This document shows positions 49,401-61,493 of a stretch of DNA of 64,000 bases, in pieces; positions within the stretch are counted from its first letter, which is position 1, and every line of letters begins with the position of its first letter. Where the stretch lies: positions 1 through 64,000 of the forward strand of contig NMRA01000551.1 of assembly GCA_002633005.1 (NCBI GenBank), in the 5' to 3' direction. The translations under genes were made by a program, and so were the position numbers. The notes below the pieces were generated by a model. That model searched no databases. It worked only from the letters and a program-made list of their open reading frames with translations, and was not told the DNA's origin. The stretch comes from Phoronis australis. Its lineage: Eukaryota; Animalia; Phoronida.

Positions 49401-52400
49401 ATCCTGTTTATGGGGCGAAAACTGAACATCGAATTAAGAAATTTCTCATAAAATCGTTTTTATAATATTCATTACCGTGATAGAATTCTATTTCTGTTAC
49501 CAATAAGATCATCGAATCCATCAGCGACTTAAGAAAACGCTAGAGAGTGTACCGAGGTTGACCAACCCTAAAATTTGTGAATTGACTATAACATGAGTTG
49601 CTCATACGACAACAATTCAACATCAGACGCACGTGATAATGGCCTAAACCGAAAGCATTTCATTTAAGAATTAAACATTCATATTCAATGAGGCAAAATG
49701 CAGCTTTAATTTTCAGTTTTACTGCGCGCAACCTACATTTTCCAACTGAAGTTCTTTCTAATGTAACTTAGCAACTTAACACTGCTTTAAGGAGCTTAAC
49801 ACCCTGGTTTGTTTTCATACTAGTTTACATACTGGCTACAATGTACAGTTTCGGTACACCATTCAACCAATTCCTTCAAGCCAATCAGGGCGCGGGAAAT
49901 TGTAAGAACTACGATCGTGCTCTATTTTGTCCCACTAATATTTAACTGTGTTGTCAACGAAAGCAGAAAGATGTTTTTTATGAGCTTGAGTCATTTACGG
50001 AGCAGACCAACAATTTAGGAGAATGGAGAAAGTGCTTACGGGTGCATCTTTCTGCTACATCTGTGGCAGATTGTCACCCACCTTTACAGTTCAACATAAT
50101 ATATAACTTTTGTAATTACCTATATCTGTAGTAGTTTAGTTTGTCATAATATATATGACCTTTATCTCATCTACATGTGTTGTTTCACTGTAAACTAGCT
50201 TCGGTATGTCTTCGCAGTTAGCGCATATAAAGGTATTTGGTAAACACCAAGATCACTCGGTAATATACGTCAGAGTTCACTTTCGCAACGTTTCGTTGCT
50301 AACAATTGATGTGAATTAGCCAAACATTCATATATGTAGAACGTGTAAGAATGGACCCCACGATTCAGAATTAAGGGTATATCTTTGTGTTAATTTCCGG
50401 CAGGGTTCTATATCAAAAAGACTTTGTAGTAGCAAAAACCCTTGCATGGGAGTTTCGGTCATATTCGTTTTGCGTTTGTGTAACAAGGAAAAGGTAACCA
50501 TAGTGGGCGGGGCCTACATATACGTTTGTGGGAACTATTCATAGAAATCTGCCCTCCACTTTGTTATTAGACTTCTCAGCTGAGCAAAAAATCGGGATAC
50601 TCACCAACACACCTGATGTCTTCTCCAACCCAGTTTCCGTCACTGTGACATTCTTTGGTGGTTGCGTTATCGTTGGCTATACGAAATCCTTTTTTGCACG
50701 CATACGAGACTTGACCACCTATAGAGAAGCGCTGTTTGTTTGACTGAACTTGGGAATGAATGGGAATGGGTGGCTGGCCGCATCCATCCACTTTATATGG
50801 TATAGAATCTACAGATCATTAAGAATATAATTGTGTGAATATCGAGCTATGCGCTTCACAAACACAGACTGATTCAATGATTAACGTGCGCAAGTTTCCT
50901 GGGACGAACTGTGCTTGGTTCCACCAACACATCATTTATCATTCTTAGTTTCAGTGTTTTACCTAAAAGATTCAAATATTCACAAATGTTATGAGTTAAG
51001 ATGAACTGCTAGCAAGTGCTGAAACTAACGTAAAACAAGTTGAAAGAAAGTCATCCTTCTTTCACTATTTAAAAACGGTGTTTGAATTCTCGATTCTGAC
51101 ATTATTGCTTCAGTACTATTTTGACACCTCCGTTGTTTTCCATGACGATTATGTTACGTTGTTGGAACTTTGAAACTAAACAGGCATAGTGAACACTCAT
51201 TCTACTCACCTTGGCTTTATTTTTTAAGAACTGGTGTGACCGCGTGGCAAGTTTTTAGTTGTACACCATTTACCAAAAAAACGCCTGAGGTAAGCAAAAT
51301 TGGTGCAGCTAATTTTCCTCAATCCACTTTCGCTGGCGCAGTGATACGATATAAAAAGCAGAATATAGGGTAATTTTGAAAGACTTTTATCAATGTCATG
51401 AGTCATGTTTTGAAGCCCTTTTTCAGTATAGATATGGGACACAACTCCATATCTTGCTATAACCATGGACATCACTTCCTGCCAAGTATAGCTATAGCCT
51501 TAGATTTGGAAAGGAAGCTACACCCTCCTAGCCCGGCTAAAAAGGCGATTGCCCAAGGGCATCTGTTCTTGTGAAACGGGGGAGAGGGCTCGCACCGCTG
51601 GTGCGTGTAAGATTGTGGTTATAACCTATATTTTCACTCAGTGACGCCAATCAGAAGGTTATTCTACCTTTGCAAACCACGGTGTTTAAATTCTCGTTTG
51701 TTCGTGAAAATGAATGCGTTCCTGGACACTTTTTTCTTTAATGTTATGTGGGACCTTATGGACAACTCTGTGGGACCTTATGGACAACTCTGTGGGACCT
51801 TATGGACAACTCTGTGGGACCTTATGGACAACTCTGTGGGTCTTTATGGACAACTCTGTGTATTTAAACTAATATCTACTAGACTACAGACTTTCACTCT
51901 TTAAAAATATGTTTTCTAAAAGTAAAAACTTGCAGAATTTGATATATCACTTTATACCAATCTGTCGTTAAATAGATCATGTGACCAGTTTTTTTTTTGT
52001 AAAACTTAGCAAAAAAGAAAGGTTCATTCATTCATTTCATTAAAAACCTAAACGTCCTGTTGTTGATAGATCCTCACATAAAAGTGGGACATTTTAATTA
52101 AACTACAGCGTTTTGGAGACTAATGCAAAAAGTACATCGTTTTAAAATTCCATATCAATCCGATCATCCATTTCGGATATGTGATGTTTCAAATTTGGCT
52201 AAAATTGAACATTTTTCTATGGTCCTACATAATTTTAAGTAACAAGACGTAGATTTCAGAATGAGTCAAGCCGCAGACCAAACCATCTAAAATTAGTTGA
52301 TTCAGACCACAAGTGTGGTTATCGAACCCTTACCCAGGCCATAGAAAGGTTGAAACGGTGCCAAAAACCACCGCTCTCCACAAAGTTCAACCTTACACAG

Positions 52401-55400
52401 TAAAACATTAACGATGCACAATCTTTTACCACGGAAGCTGAACTGCAACCTTACACAGATACACTTGGCCAATCACTTCCAGAAAGGTTCAAGTTCCGTG
52501 GTAAGGGCTATGGGTGCGAGGTAAACGATTTTACGTTGCATGGTAAATGCTTTTGGAGTGTGTTATCCCTGGAGATTTTCTCCGCAAAGGATTTTGGTTC
52601 GTGTTCCGACAGCCTGTGGTAACGCTATTATAACTTTGAAAAAATATTAGGTTCATTGACGCATAGTTGTAGCAAAGGCTCTCCATTCATGGAGTAATAA
52701 GATACCGAAGAGAACATGATTATCTTACCATATTTACAGATATAGTGTCGCTGAGTGTTACAGATGTCCAAGTGAAGTCGACGAGTCGTAGCAGAAATGT
52801 AAACACAGAACTCGCTTGTTTTGGTGGTACGATGAGCCCACAAACGATCGTCGATCAATTGACCTTGTGGACAAAAAATGTTTTTATAATTAATTTTTAA
52901 CTACGTAGCGTCAGAACACCAAGCTACACAAAGGAAATTTGCACGAGAAACAGTAGAAGAAATAGCAATTTAACTGATTTCCTCTTGTTGTGTGTGCGAA
53001 AAGAGGCGCTCCGTTCTGTTGCGACATGCACGAGCATCGTAACAAAATACTTTAAAGCCAAAAACTCTCCTTCCTGGACTTTATTATTTTTAAATAATAA
53101 AGTCCAGGAAGGAGCGTTTTTGGCTTTAAAAGCATATCTGGCAAGGGTTGAATTCTAACATGATGTCTTATTTGAAACGACATTTTAAATGGGCTTCAAA
53201 CATCAAGTCTCGTTTTCTACCCCTACTGTGCTCTTCAAGTGCGACCGTGTGGCAATACTATCAAGAGCGATTCTCAAAAACTGAAACATTGACATCGGAT
53301 AGCATTAGATTTATAGCACAAACCGTTATATGTATATCATATTAATTTTTTCCTATCCCTAAGACAGTAGAAAGTTTGCTTACCCGTGCCCCATTGTCCG
53401 CGTGGGGGCGCTGTCCTGTTCCACTTAGCACCAATCCAGTAGCTGCCAAAATATTTTCTCTCACTTTTTATTACAGCAACAATCTTGTTGTGAGTGTTTT
53501 CATCATTGATCTCTGCAAGGAACCCGTCTTGCTTTTCACACGCATCGGCACTGCTGAACCACGAATTTCCGAGCGCCGAGCAGGTCGTGATCGTGCACAA
53601 TTGGTCATCATCGTGACCGTTCAGTACGTAACAGTTGTCATTGTAGAACACACACTTCTTGATATCGTTCTGGCACCTCTTTGTACAAGCCTCTGACGAG
53701 TCATTCGCTAAAACAAGAATTATACCGAAAGTGTTCTCTTCTTTGATATTTACTCCAAGCTAAGCGCAACCGTTCATCTGTCAACATTTATCTCTTTTCA
53801 AAGAGTACATAAAACTTGTTGGTGAGCATATCAATAATAAATATAAAACCATAGTGATATTAACAACTGAATCTGGTCTGCTGGATTACTTTTTGATTTC
53901 CTAGATCTTCGGAGACCGCTGTTACGTGGTACCTCGAAACTGCCTCTGTACTCTCGCTCGATGACGAGGACAATTTGAATTTGGTGCCACCTAGCTTGTT
54001 GAGAGAATGTTGTATGGTTGTGATGTAAATAGCCTCCAGTATACCTATCTCAAAGCAGCTCTTTTTTCTGCGCAGGGTCTCGACAGGGACAACAGTATAG
54101 AGGCAGTTTCGAGATCCTCACGTGACCAAAGCTCCCGCGACTAATCACAGTCAACATCCCATCGAAGGAGTCGAGAGATCTCCCAATATCTAGGAAATCA
54201 AAAAGGTAATCCACCAGACCAGTTTTAACTGTTAATATTATGAACATTCCTGGATGGCTCAAGGTCTACACTTTATAATAGAACCACAGTGATAATATTA
54301 TGAACATTCCTGGATGGCTCAAGGTCTACACTTTATTATGGAACCATAGTGATAATATTGTGATACTCATGGGTGAAGTCGAGTGATTGTCGTGATGTCA
54401 GCAATGAACTGGACCAAGTGAAAACACCTTTTTCATGGTATTGTGAGGGGTGCGTGCCAATGGAAACCTACTGGGTGTAGACAAACCCTCTTCTTCGCTT
54501 GTCGTAACCACTTATATTTCGTTGGCACTAAAGGAACCGCGTATTGATATGATAAGAGTTCCCGTGCCAATTCCCTCCGTTGTTCATCAATTTAACATCC
54601 GATCGTCACCCGCTGTGGCCACCTGTTTCACCACTTCCGCCGGTCGCCACCAGTTTCACTTGCTTGGAAGTCGTCAAGTGTATTCTCTGCAAATTGCAAT
54701 TTGACTCGCAAAACAACCATTTGTTCTGCAAATCTACAATTCAGGACTGTGTTGGATTTACTTCACGAGGACCTAACGCAAGAGGGCGTCTTTCGCGTAA
54801 AATGTTAAATTGATTGATACACAACGAACAGCCACATATCGGGTGTACCAATAGAACTTTACAATATTCAGCCGGTTGCACATTTTTACCAGTATGAGCA
54901 CTGTGATTTCTATATAGTCTGTTATAATAAGAATAACTACAACAAATTTCATAACAATAACACGAAAACATTGGCTGAAGAATAAAATAACATTAAAATA
55001 CAGGCGGCTGAAGGTGAAATCATCGTTGTACCATTCAGTATTTCAAACATTCAGATGTGTGAAATTAGGGCTTCACAAGTGCTTCAATGACATTTTAGCT
55101 TTACCACAGCAAACGTAAGATTACAACAAGCTTAACATATTTCTCACAACCTTAACTTAAGTGACGGCTTCTGGTTACTTTTTCCACAAAACACGCCTCA
55201 ATAATTGTCCTTCCCTGCTGCTCTGAAAACCATGATTGAAGTTGCATTTCGCCCCATTTAGCTGGCTAAAGTAAAGATTGAGTTAGGTCTTTTGCTATTT
55301 CATTTACCAACAAGAATATCGAATCGATTACCAACTCTCAAAAACACTTCAAGCTTTATTGGTGTTTGCCAACCCTAAAATTGCACATTCCAAAATGGCG

Positions 55401-58400
55401 CCTATACACATCGCCTGAAGGTGACTAGTCGTGGTAACGGAAGTGCTATCCTATCGTGGTAAGGAATATTATGAGTTTAAAATGCTTAATTGGACTTTTT
55501 AGGCAGCTTAACAAGGCGAAATGAAGGTTTAACTGAACGACAAATACTGTTGATACATTTGTATGATTATGAGGGCATATTGTATTGAATTTTTGAATGA
55601 AGTGTGTATTTTCTCTATTTGTGTGATATTTAAAGGCTACTGTTTCGCGAGTGAGGTTCTGTGCTTTGCAGCCTATCCTAGCGAAATGGCAGCCAACGAA
55701 ATGATTGGTCAGCTGGGTTGAAGTGTTGAATTGTGGGATCGAATTCACTGTTTCCCTTCACTAAGTAAAGATTTCTCGCCGCTAGTGCAAGCTACATTCT
55801 TGTGGTATACGGAACACATCCCTGTTCCATGTGGGTGTACGGTATTGTGACAGCCAGGCAGACAGGCAGACAGGTGAGGGTTATTTTGATAGATAGCAGG
55901 CTTTAACTGTAGTGATTGAAACTGAAATTCGCAGCAAAATAAATTTCGGTCACTTTGTCCAACTTTATAGTTCAGTGAAGCAGATGAAAAATAAGAATGT
56001 CACAACTGGGCAGCGTTCAGTAGACACGAGAACCTCGCAAAAACGCATGATCACGCAGAACGTGGCGAGATTTCGTCATGCATTACAAGTGAAACATTTG
56101 ACATAACTAGCTGTGCTCGCATCCCTGAGTTGGTACATGTGGTGGCAACAACTTACGAAATTGACAAATGAACTTGGACAGAACTCCATGTTGTTCTCGA
56201 GTGTCTCCATGTTCATCATTCCACTTATACCCTGCGTTGCCTTTCTGTCCATACCACAACATGATGTACTCTTCCTTGGAACCAACATCGTTGGGTTCGT
56301 TTGGTGCCCAATTGAAATACGTCAACTCTTTACCTACAAGTAAAATGAAAAGAACGTAATGTAGGATTTCAAAAACGATGGTCGCATATTTATACATTAT
56401 CATATATCAACGATTCAATCTGATGCCCTTAAAAGGTCACTAAATCTTGCTAATGGATCATTGATCACAGATTACATTTCATGATTCTTGGTGGGTGGCC
56501 TTTCCTCCCGGCCCAGTTGAAGTGTACTTGGGCTAAAAAGGTAGGTCACGCTTGCCCGTTTATCAGACTTTGAAAGGACTTGTCAGTTTTTACTCCAAAA
56601 TTTTGAGGTTTATCTAGGGTTATAAAGCATTATTTTGCTTCAGAGAATTGGATGGAAATGTCATTTTTAATATCTGTTCATAGGCCAAAATCTGGTTTGA
56701 TCATAATCCTTTTAGGCATGCGTTCGCATAACATGCGTTCTGTACACGGAAAACTGTTGAAATTACAGCAGGTTGAGACTTGGAGTTTTTTTCCTTTTGA
56801 TACACCCGGTATATCTTGGAAATAATTATATTTTAGCTTTAAGCAAGACCTTAATAGCTGATTTTCGAAATAGCCACGCCATATTGAAATTCACTCTTCC
56901 GCCAGACGGTGATCAGGACACTGAGGCGTTCAGTGCTACATACAGATCTCATGTAAAGAGGACGGGAGATTTCAACTTCTGCTATTATAATGACTGTAAA
57001 TTTCCATTACTTTGTGACGGGGGAAACAACTCACGGGAAAAGGCAAACATCTTGAAATATCCATGGATGAAGGACATCATTCATGTACTCACTGCGAAGA
57101 AGAAATCCGCAGCTGGGAAGTCAGTGGCTGCGACTGATAAAGCTGGGGAATGTCGAGTCCAGCCGATAGATTCGTGTGTGTGTTTGGTACATTTCACTGG
57201 TGGTGCTGGTGCCACAGAACAACACCCGTGTTCAGCTTTTGTTTCAATAAAACAATTTCAAAAGGTCGTTTTCAACTCGGCTCGTCCTTTTTGTCCACCG
57301 AATCAGGATCAAGCGGAAGCATCTTTTGTGCTACCATTTATCTCGAGAGGGCGCTAATGACTATTTTACAACACTGTTTAGGCTACCCAAACGGGTTTTT
57401 TATCTTAAATTCTTAATAGTGTTAAGAAGAGGCGCACGAAGGGATCTGAAAAGCTTAAGTCCATACTTTTTAGCGCTGGCGTGTTTGTACAGCTTTATAA
57501 AAGTTTCAATTCCAATAGTCACATAAGCGTTAGGTAAATGTGCGGCGACAAGCCTGTCCTACAGGTCTTTAACACAAGTAGATGACTGGATAATTCAAAT
57601 TTGAATTTTATGTACCAACACTAAAGTTAAGAATTTGTGTTGGCAGATAAGAGTCGACTGACAAGCAACTTCATTCATGACTGATAAGATCGTGGTTATT
57701 TCAAGAATGGGGTGTTTTTTTTTTGCATTTTTCGCATTACTTGGTATTTGATACTCAACGGCATTCTCTGTCTGAAAAACAATTAATTGATGTATTGTGA
57801 ATTGCCGGCGTGTAAACCATTTTATCCATCTAATGATTCAGAGGTGACAGGTTGTTTTTTACAACTCACACCCATACTTTTGACTTGGAATTTTGTTTTT
57901 GAAAACTAGCCAAACTTTTCACAAAGTTCAAAAAATGATTGCCTTTTAAACAAATTTGTGGTTACCAACAAAGTAATTTATGTTGTTTTATACAAAAGTG
58001 AAGTTCTTGGATAAAATAAAAAAATCCGCGATTAATGTTTTTTACGCAATTTAAATCAAAACCTGCCAAGAGATTTCTTACCACTCGTCCAAAACCAGCG
58101 TTTCACTGCTTTTCCGTCTACCCAGAACTCGCCTTGTGTATTATTCAAAATCTTCATCGTCAGCTGCGTTAACGTCCAGTTGCTCGAAATGGAAAGGAAT
58201 TTTCCTTTTCTACCATCATTGCATGACCACTTGGCTTCCTTCCAATTTCTCATTTCTTGAACGATCTGCATACAAATTCCGTTGCTGACAAGAACACCTT
58301 CGTGTGGACACCTTGGTGATCCTACAAAAAACATTGAATTCCAGTAGACGTGACGTCAGATTGCGAATATCAATGTCAACAATCATAAGTTCGAGCCTTT

Positions 58401-61400
58401 GCTAGTGGAGTTAAACCGCCCTTCAAAAATCCTAGCCGAAATATACGCCCAGTGGGCAGTCACCAGGTGGCGAGACCGTCTTGTCCACGAGTCGGCTGAG
58501 CGAGATGCGGGAATCGGTGACTTTTCATGGGTTCGGTCAAAATTAGCTGGACAAAGAGACAGTTTACGGAAAGCAAAATAATCGAAGCCCTTATTTTTAG
58601 TTTGAAAATACCGTATGTGGTTACATGTGGAGATAATCTGACCACATCAAGGTAAGGTAGTGTTAGCTAATGCCCAATGTGCATAATGGTAGTGCACTGA
58701 ATGTGAATGGTTCGACGCTAAACATTTACCAGTTTCCAAAGAAGTTAACAGTGTAGCGTTGTGCAGGGCCTTGTTCCAAAACTCAAAACACAATTCTTGT
58801 GTGAACAAAAAAACTTATTGGTACAATTTTATAACGGTACTTGGCATAAGTCAAAAGAGGTTTGTTCGTGAACCATTCGGCCACAAGCCCACTGAACATA
58901 ACCCCATCAATACACGGGACATACTGTTTTGGTGCCGTTTCTCGAAAACCAAAAACACATGCCGGTTTTAAAGACAAAAATGACTCTGTTTCTCCTGTCA
59001 AACATGGTTCGCAATTTCTGTATCCTCTTGCACATCATATATTCGTTCATTTTGAGTATGGGTTTATTTCCTTAGATTCCTACAGAATAATTTTGAAATT
59101 TTTAATTTTCACAGTGTCCAGGTTACCTCAGAAACTCAAGTTTCTCAAAGTATTTCCATAAAGCACAGGCTTACCACAAAATTTGTCAATAAATCATTCT
59201 CAGGCATACAGTTATTCTCTTTCTAACCTCGTTTAAAAGCCCATATTTTCCTCTCTGTGCTCTGGACATGTCTTGAAACCCAAATTTTTCCATAAACGTG
59301 TTTAAAACATTCTACCACATAGATTATTTTGTTAGCTCGATGTCACTGAAATATGCCTCAGTTATCAACTTCAACCACTATTGTATTGTCCCGTCTTTGA
59401 AATTTCAGTGGTTTTCAACTTATCTCAGTTGCCACAGGTCTCCGGAGACAAATCGACAAAACGTCTTTTGTACTAAATCAATACCCCCTCGCAACATAGA
59501 ACCCCTGTAATTCATTGGCATAAAATATAATTGGCAGAATCTGGGTATCTAAAATCTTGCACAATATCTGAGGCATAAGGCTCCGATATTGTACAGAGAG
59601 GATCTGATTCATTGCTTGGCCAACAACTTGTTTGTGTAACAAACCATGAGCTGCCGGAGTGAGAAGAGTCTATAGGTAATCAGACTGAGAAGCGACTTGG
59701 ATTTATCTCCCTTTAAAGAACCTCTTTTCATGTTTCTCCAAAACGACACATTTCTGAAACACTATGACTTTGGTCTTATCCATTTTCATCAACACTATGA
59801 GTTTACTTGCGCCGCAGTACAATTCTTACTTAATAATTAATCGTTGCTAACCTATCTGGGTGTCAACAAACAAAATCAAGTCAGACCTACAAATGGCAAA
59901 TAAAAGCGTCTGTTGATACCAAGATTGACCCCATCTTACAGATAGCCACGCTTCTTAGTCAAAAAGCAGTCGTATTTTCAATCAAATTTAACTTAGTCAT
60001 GAAAATGAATAACAAGGCGATAGTATGTACCCGTGTCTTACACCTATGAAGTATTCTGAGCAGTCTTGTTTCATAATCACTTTTGACTTGACATTGCTAT
60101 AAATACTTTTAAAATTTTTCAACATCTTAGAGCTGACGTTTTCCTTTCTCATTTTCCTACAAAATGCTTCTACAAATACAGTTGAAGCTTTTGGGGAAAT
60201 CTATGTAAAGACAGCACATATTTCAACTCGGCTTAGCTAACTCTAATGTGCTTAGAGCAAAACATTGTCACGTGGAGCGGTATTCCTTCTCGTACCCAAT
60301 TTGTGCTTCTGAAAGAGGTTTTTGACAGAAGACGAGTTTAGAGCATAGACAGCTAAGCATACCCAAGCACTTTGGCGTCTGATGCGACCAAACTCCATTT
60401 TGTTGGCAGGTGGTCTCGCTATGACCAGCTAGGTAGGTCCCAGGGTTGCAGAAAAACTTAACCAAGCTATTTATTGGATACGAGTCTTTCAGTGGTTCCA
60501 TTCTTCCATGCAAGGGCACCGCTGTGCGCCCGCACACTGTTTGAGCAGATACTGAAATAAAATGTAGTTTCATGAAATTCAAACGGGAATGATTTGAATT
60601 TTCTGGTCACAATAAAAGTGAAGATGACATGATTATGTTGTCACGTTATCAATCATGAATTTTTTAGATCCTTTCAATCTGGGATAGATCGTTTTCAAAC
60701 ACGGATGGCCACTAAAGAAAAACACATTCACGTAGAAAGGTCGAAGTAATTTTTATGAAAAACTCCGAACAACTGTTGAACAAGTTGAGATAAAATTCTA
60801 TTTGACTAGCGGATTTTATTCATGTTTCATTGCCACCAAGTGTACGACAATGACCCTCACAGGTATTTGCTGCAATAAGTCAAAATGATTTTCAAAGATT
60901 GTGATACTGTAGTAAGATATGGAACAGTTACGAGTTTTACCCAGAACCGGAGAACATTGAAGGTCCCGACACATGCAGCAATGGAAGGGAGTATCTATAT
61001 GGCTGAAATACGTATCAATTTGATAGACATTCTAAAATGTTAAAAGTGAATTGTGAAAGGCGATAGTAGCAAGGATATATAGGAGCGCGCCCCGCTTCAT
61101 TGGTGCAAATATAGTTTCATTGACGCAGTGTGATTGCTTAGCTCCGGCCAACGGACGCATTAAAATTGGAAGTAAAAAGGGACAAACAACCAACATGGCC
61201 ACAGGTTCTCCAAGTTGCCCCATAAAGCTGAAGCAGCTCGGGCCAGTTCATTCATATCCAAGTTTTTTTTTTCTAAAATGATCCCTGCAGTATCATATTT
61301 GAATCCATCACTTCGGTGAAGAAACGTTTACCAGAAAACACTGAGGTTATTGAAAATTTTGCCAGGTAGCATACCTCGTACATTTGCTGAACACTTTTAA

Positions 61401-61493
61401 TTGATTTTAGATGTTTAATTCCTACTTACCTGAAAACGTCGCGCACAAAAAACAAGCACTGAGCACGCAAAGGCATGCTTTTTCAGCAGACAT
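46005..61493 (-). CDS. Gene B: type I membrane CCP(Sushi)/C-type lectin/mucin receptor with Tyr-rich tail, ~816 aa, 11 exons
   Basis: Join on minus strand: 61493-61430, 60551-60363, 58321-58082, 56333-56157, 53707-53384, 52863-52729, 50808-50605, 49128-48619, 48124-48043, 47502-47378, 46405-46005. All junctions GT-AG with compatible phases; total 2451 nt, open. Confidence 0.85.
47378..47502 (-). CDS. Gene B exon 10: cytoplasmic KHLAPPLNDENIYETTDNPLYNYGADASVKLPGPGHIVSYK
   Basis: Translated by hand; phase 2->1; contains NPxY; donor GTAAGA. Confidence 0.82.
47836..48010 (+). mobile_element. Same MITE family, copy 4 (internally deleted)
   Basis: CATGCGCGAAACC...CAGGAACTACCAAAA...GGGTGAGCGCATG. 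Confidence 0.7.
48043..48124 (-). CDS. Gene B exon 9: transmembrane segment DIWIIVATGILLFTVIIVFIAIVSAKRR
   Basis: Translated by hand; strong acceptor ttttcag, donor AG|GTAAAG. Confidence 0.88.
48619..49128 (-). CDS. Gene B exon 8: Ser/Thr-rich stalk (170 aa)
   Basis: S/T-rich ORF; acceptor ccgttcag. The inferred donor G|GTGCGA is weak and was chosen for phase compatibility. Confidence 0.75.
50605..50808 (-). CDS. Gene B exon 7: CCP/Sushi domain 2
   Basis: CGQPPIP...YACKKGF...ECHSDGNW....RC; phase 1-1. Confidence 0.9.
51210..51332 (-). pseudogene. Decayed CCP-like pseudo-exon in gene B intron 6
   Basis: AG...G|GTGAGT boundaries, 123 nt, phase 1-1. Reads AKVD*GKLAAP...GVFLVNGVQLKTCHAVTPVLKK*SQ, with two stops. 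Confidence 0.5.
51747..51860. repeat. 22-bp minisatellite, ~5 copies
   Basis: (TGTGGGACCTTATGGACAACTC)n with no spacers. Confidence 0.95.
52729..52863 (-). CDS. Gene B exon 6: CTLD2 C-half lacking EPN/WND
   Basis: W...FCVYI...DIC...HYICKY; phase 1-1. Confidence 0.85.
53051..53130. repeat. Inverted repeat, 39-bp arms (1 mismatch), 2-nt spacer
   Basis: TTTAAAGCCAAAAACTCTCCTTCCTGGACTTTATTATTT-TT-AAATAATAAAGTCCAGGAAGGAGCGTTTTTGGCTTTAAA. Confidence 0.95.
53384..53707 (-). CDS. Gene B exon 5: Cys-rich linker plus CTLD2 N-half
   Basis: NCYVL...SWFSSADAC...FLAEI...YWIGA; phase 1-1. Confidence 0.88.
53962..54069 (-). mobile_element. Penelope-like element, GIY-YIG C-terminal relic
   Basis: KSCFEIGILEAIYITTIQHSLNKLGGTKFKLS matches the ..FER.I.EAIYI......LN..GG motif. 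Confidence 0.6.
54233..54359. repeat. 60-bp tandem duplication
   Basis: TAATATTATGAACATTCCTGGATGGCTCAAGGTCTACACTTTAT... occurs twice. Confidence 0.9.
56157..56333 (-). CDS. Gene B exon 4: CTLD1 C-half (EPN, WND, FICQF)
   Basis: YFNWAPNEPND...YKWNDE...SKFICQF; phase 1-1. Confidence 0.9.
56960..57250 (+). mobile_element. THAP-domain relic within ORF 56773..57357 (antisense in gene B intron 3)
   Basis: FCYYNDC...KFP...W...DSCVCLVHFTGGAGATEQHP resembles THAP C-x4-C...C-x2-HF-x-GG. Confidence 0.5.
58082..58321 (-). CDS. Gene B exon 3: CTLD1 N-half
   Basis: RCPH...ICMQI...NWKEAKWSC...FWVDG...WFWTSG; phase 1-1. Confidence 0.88.
58730..59079 (-). pseudogene. Possible decayed CTLD N-half pseudo-exon in gene B intron 2
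   Basis: AG/GT-bounded 350 nt. Fragments GMCFWFS...Y*WGYVQWACG and EFWNKA...ETG| lie in different frames. Confidence 0.35.
60363..60551 (-). CDS. Gene B exon 2: CCP/Sushi domain 1
   Basis: CGRTAVPLHG...FFCNPGTYLAG...TCQQNGVWS..TPKC matches the CCP consensus; phase 1-1. Confidence 0.9.
61430..61493 (-). CDS. Gene B exon 1: signal peptide MSAEKACLCVLSACFLCATFS
   Basis: Translated by hand; ATG, hydrophobic stretch, donor G|GTAAGT (phase 1). Confidence 0.8.

Noticed and set aside
51318-51323. In-frame TGA at a Cys position read as selenocysteine
   Set aside because: The same pseudo-exon also has a TAA and deletions, and no SECIS was recognised; simple decay is more likely.
51747-51860. CRISPR-like repeat array
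   Set aside because: Head-to-tail 22-bp units without unique spacers, no cas genes, and a eukaryotic intron context.
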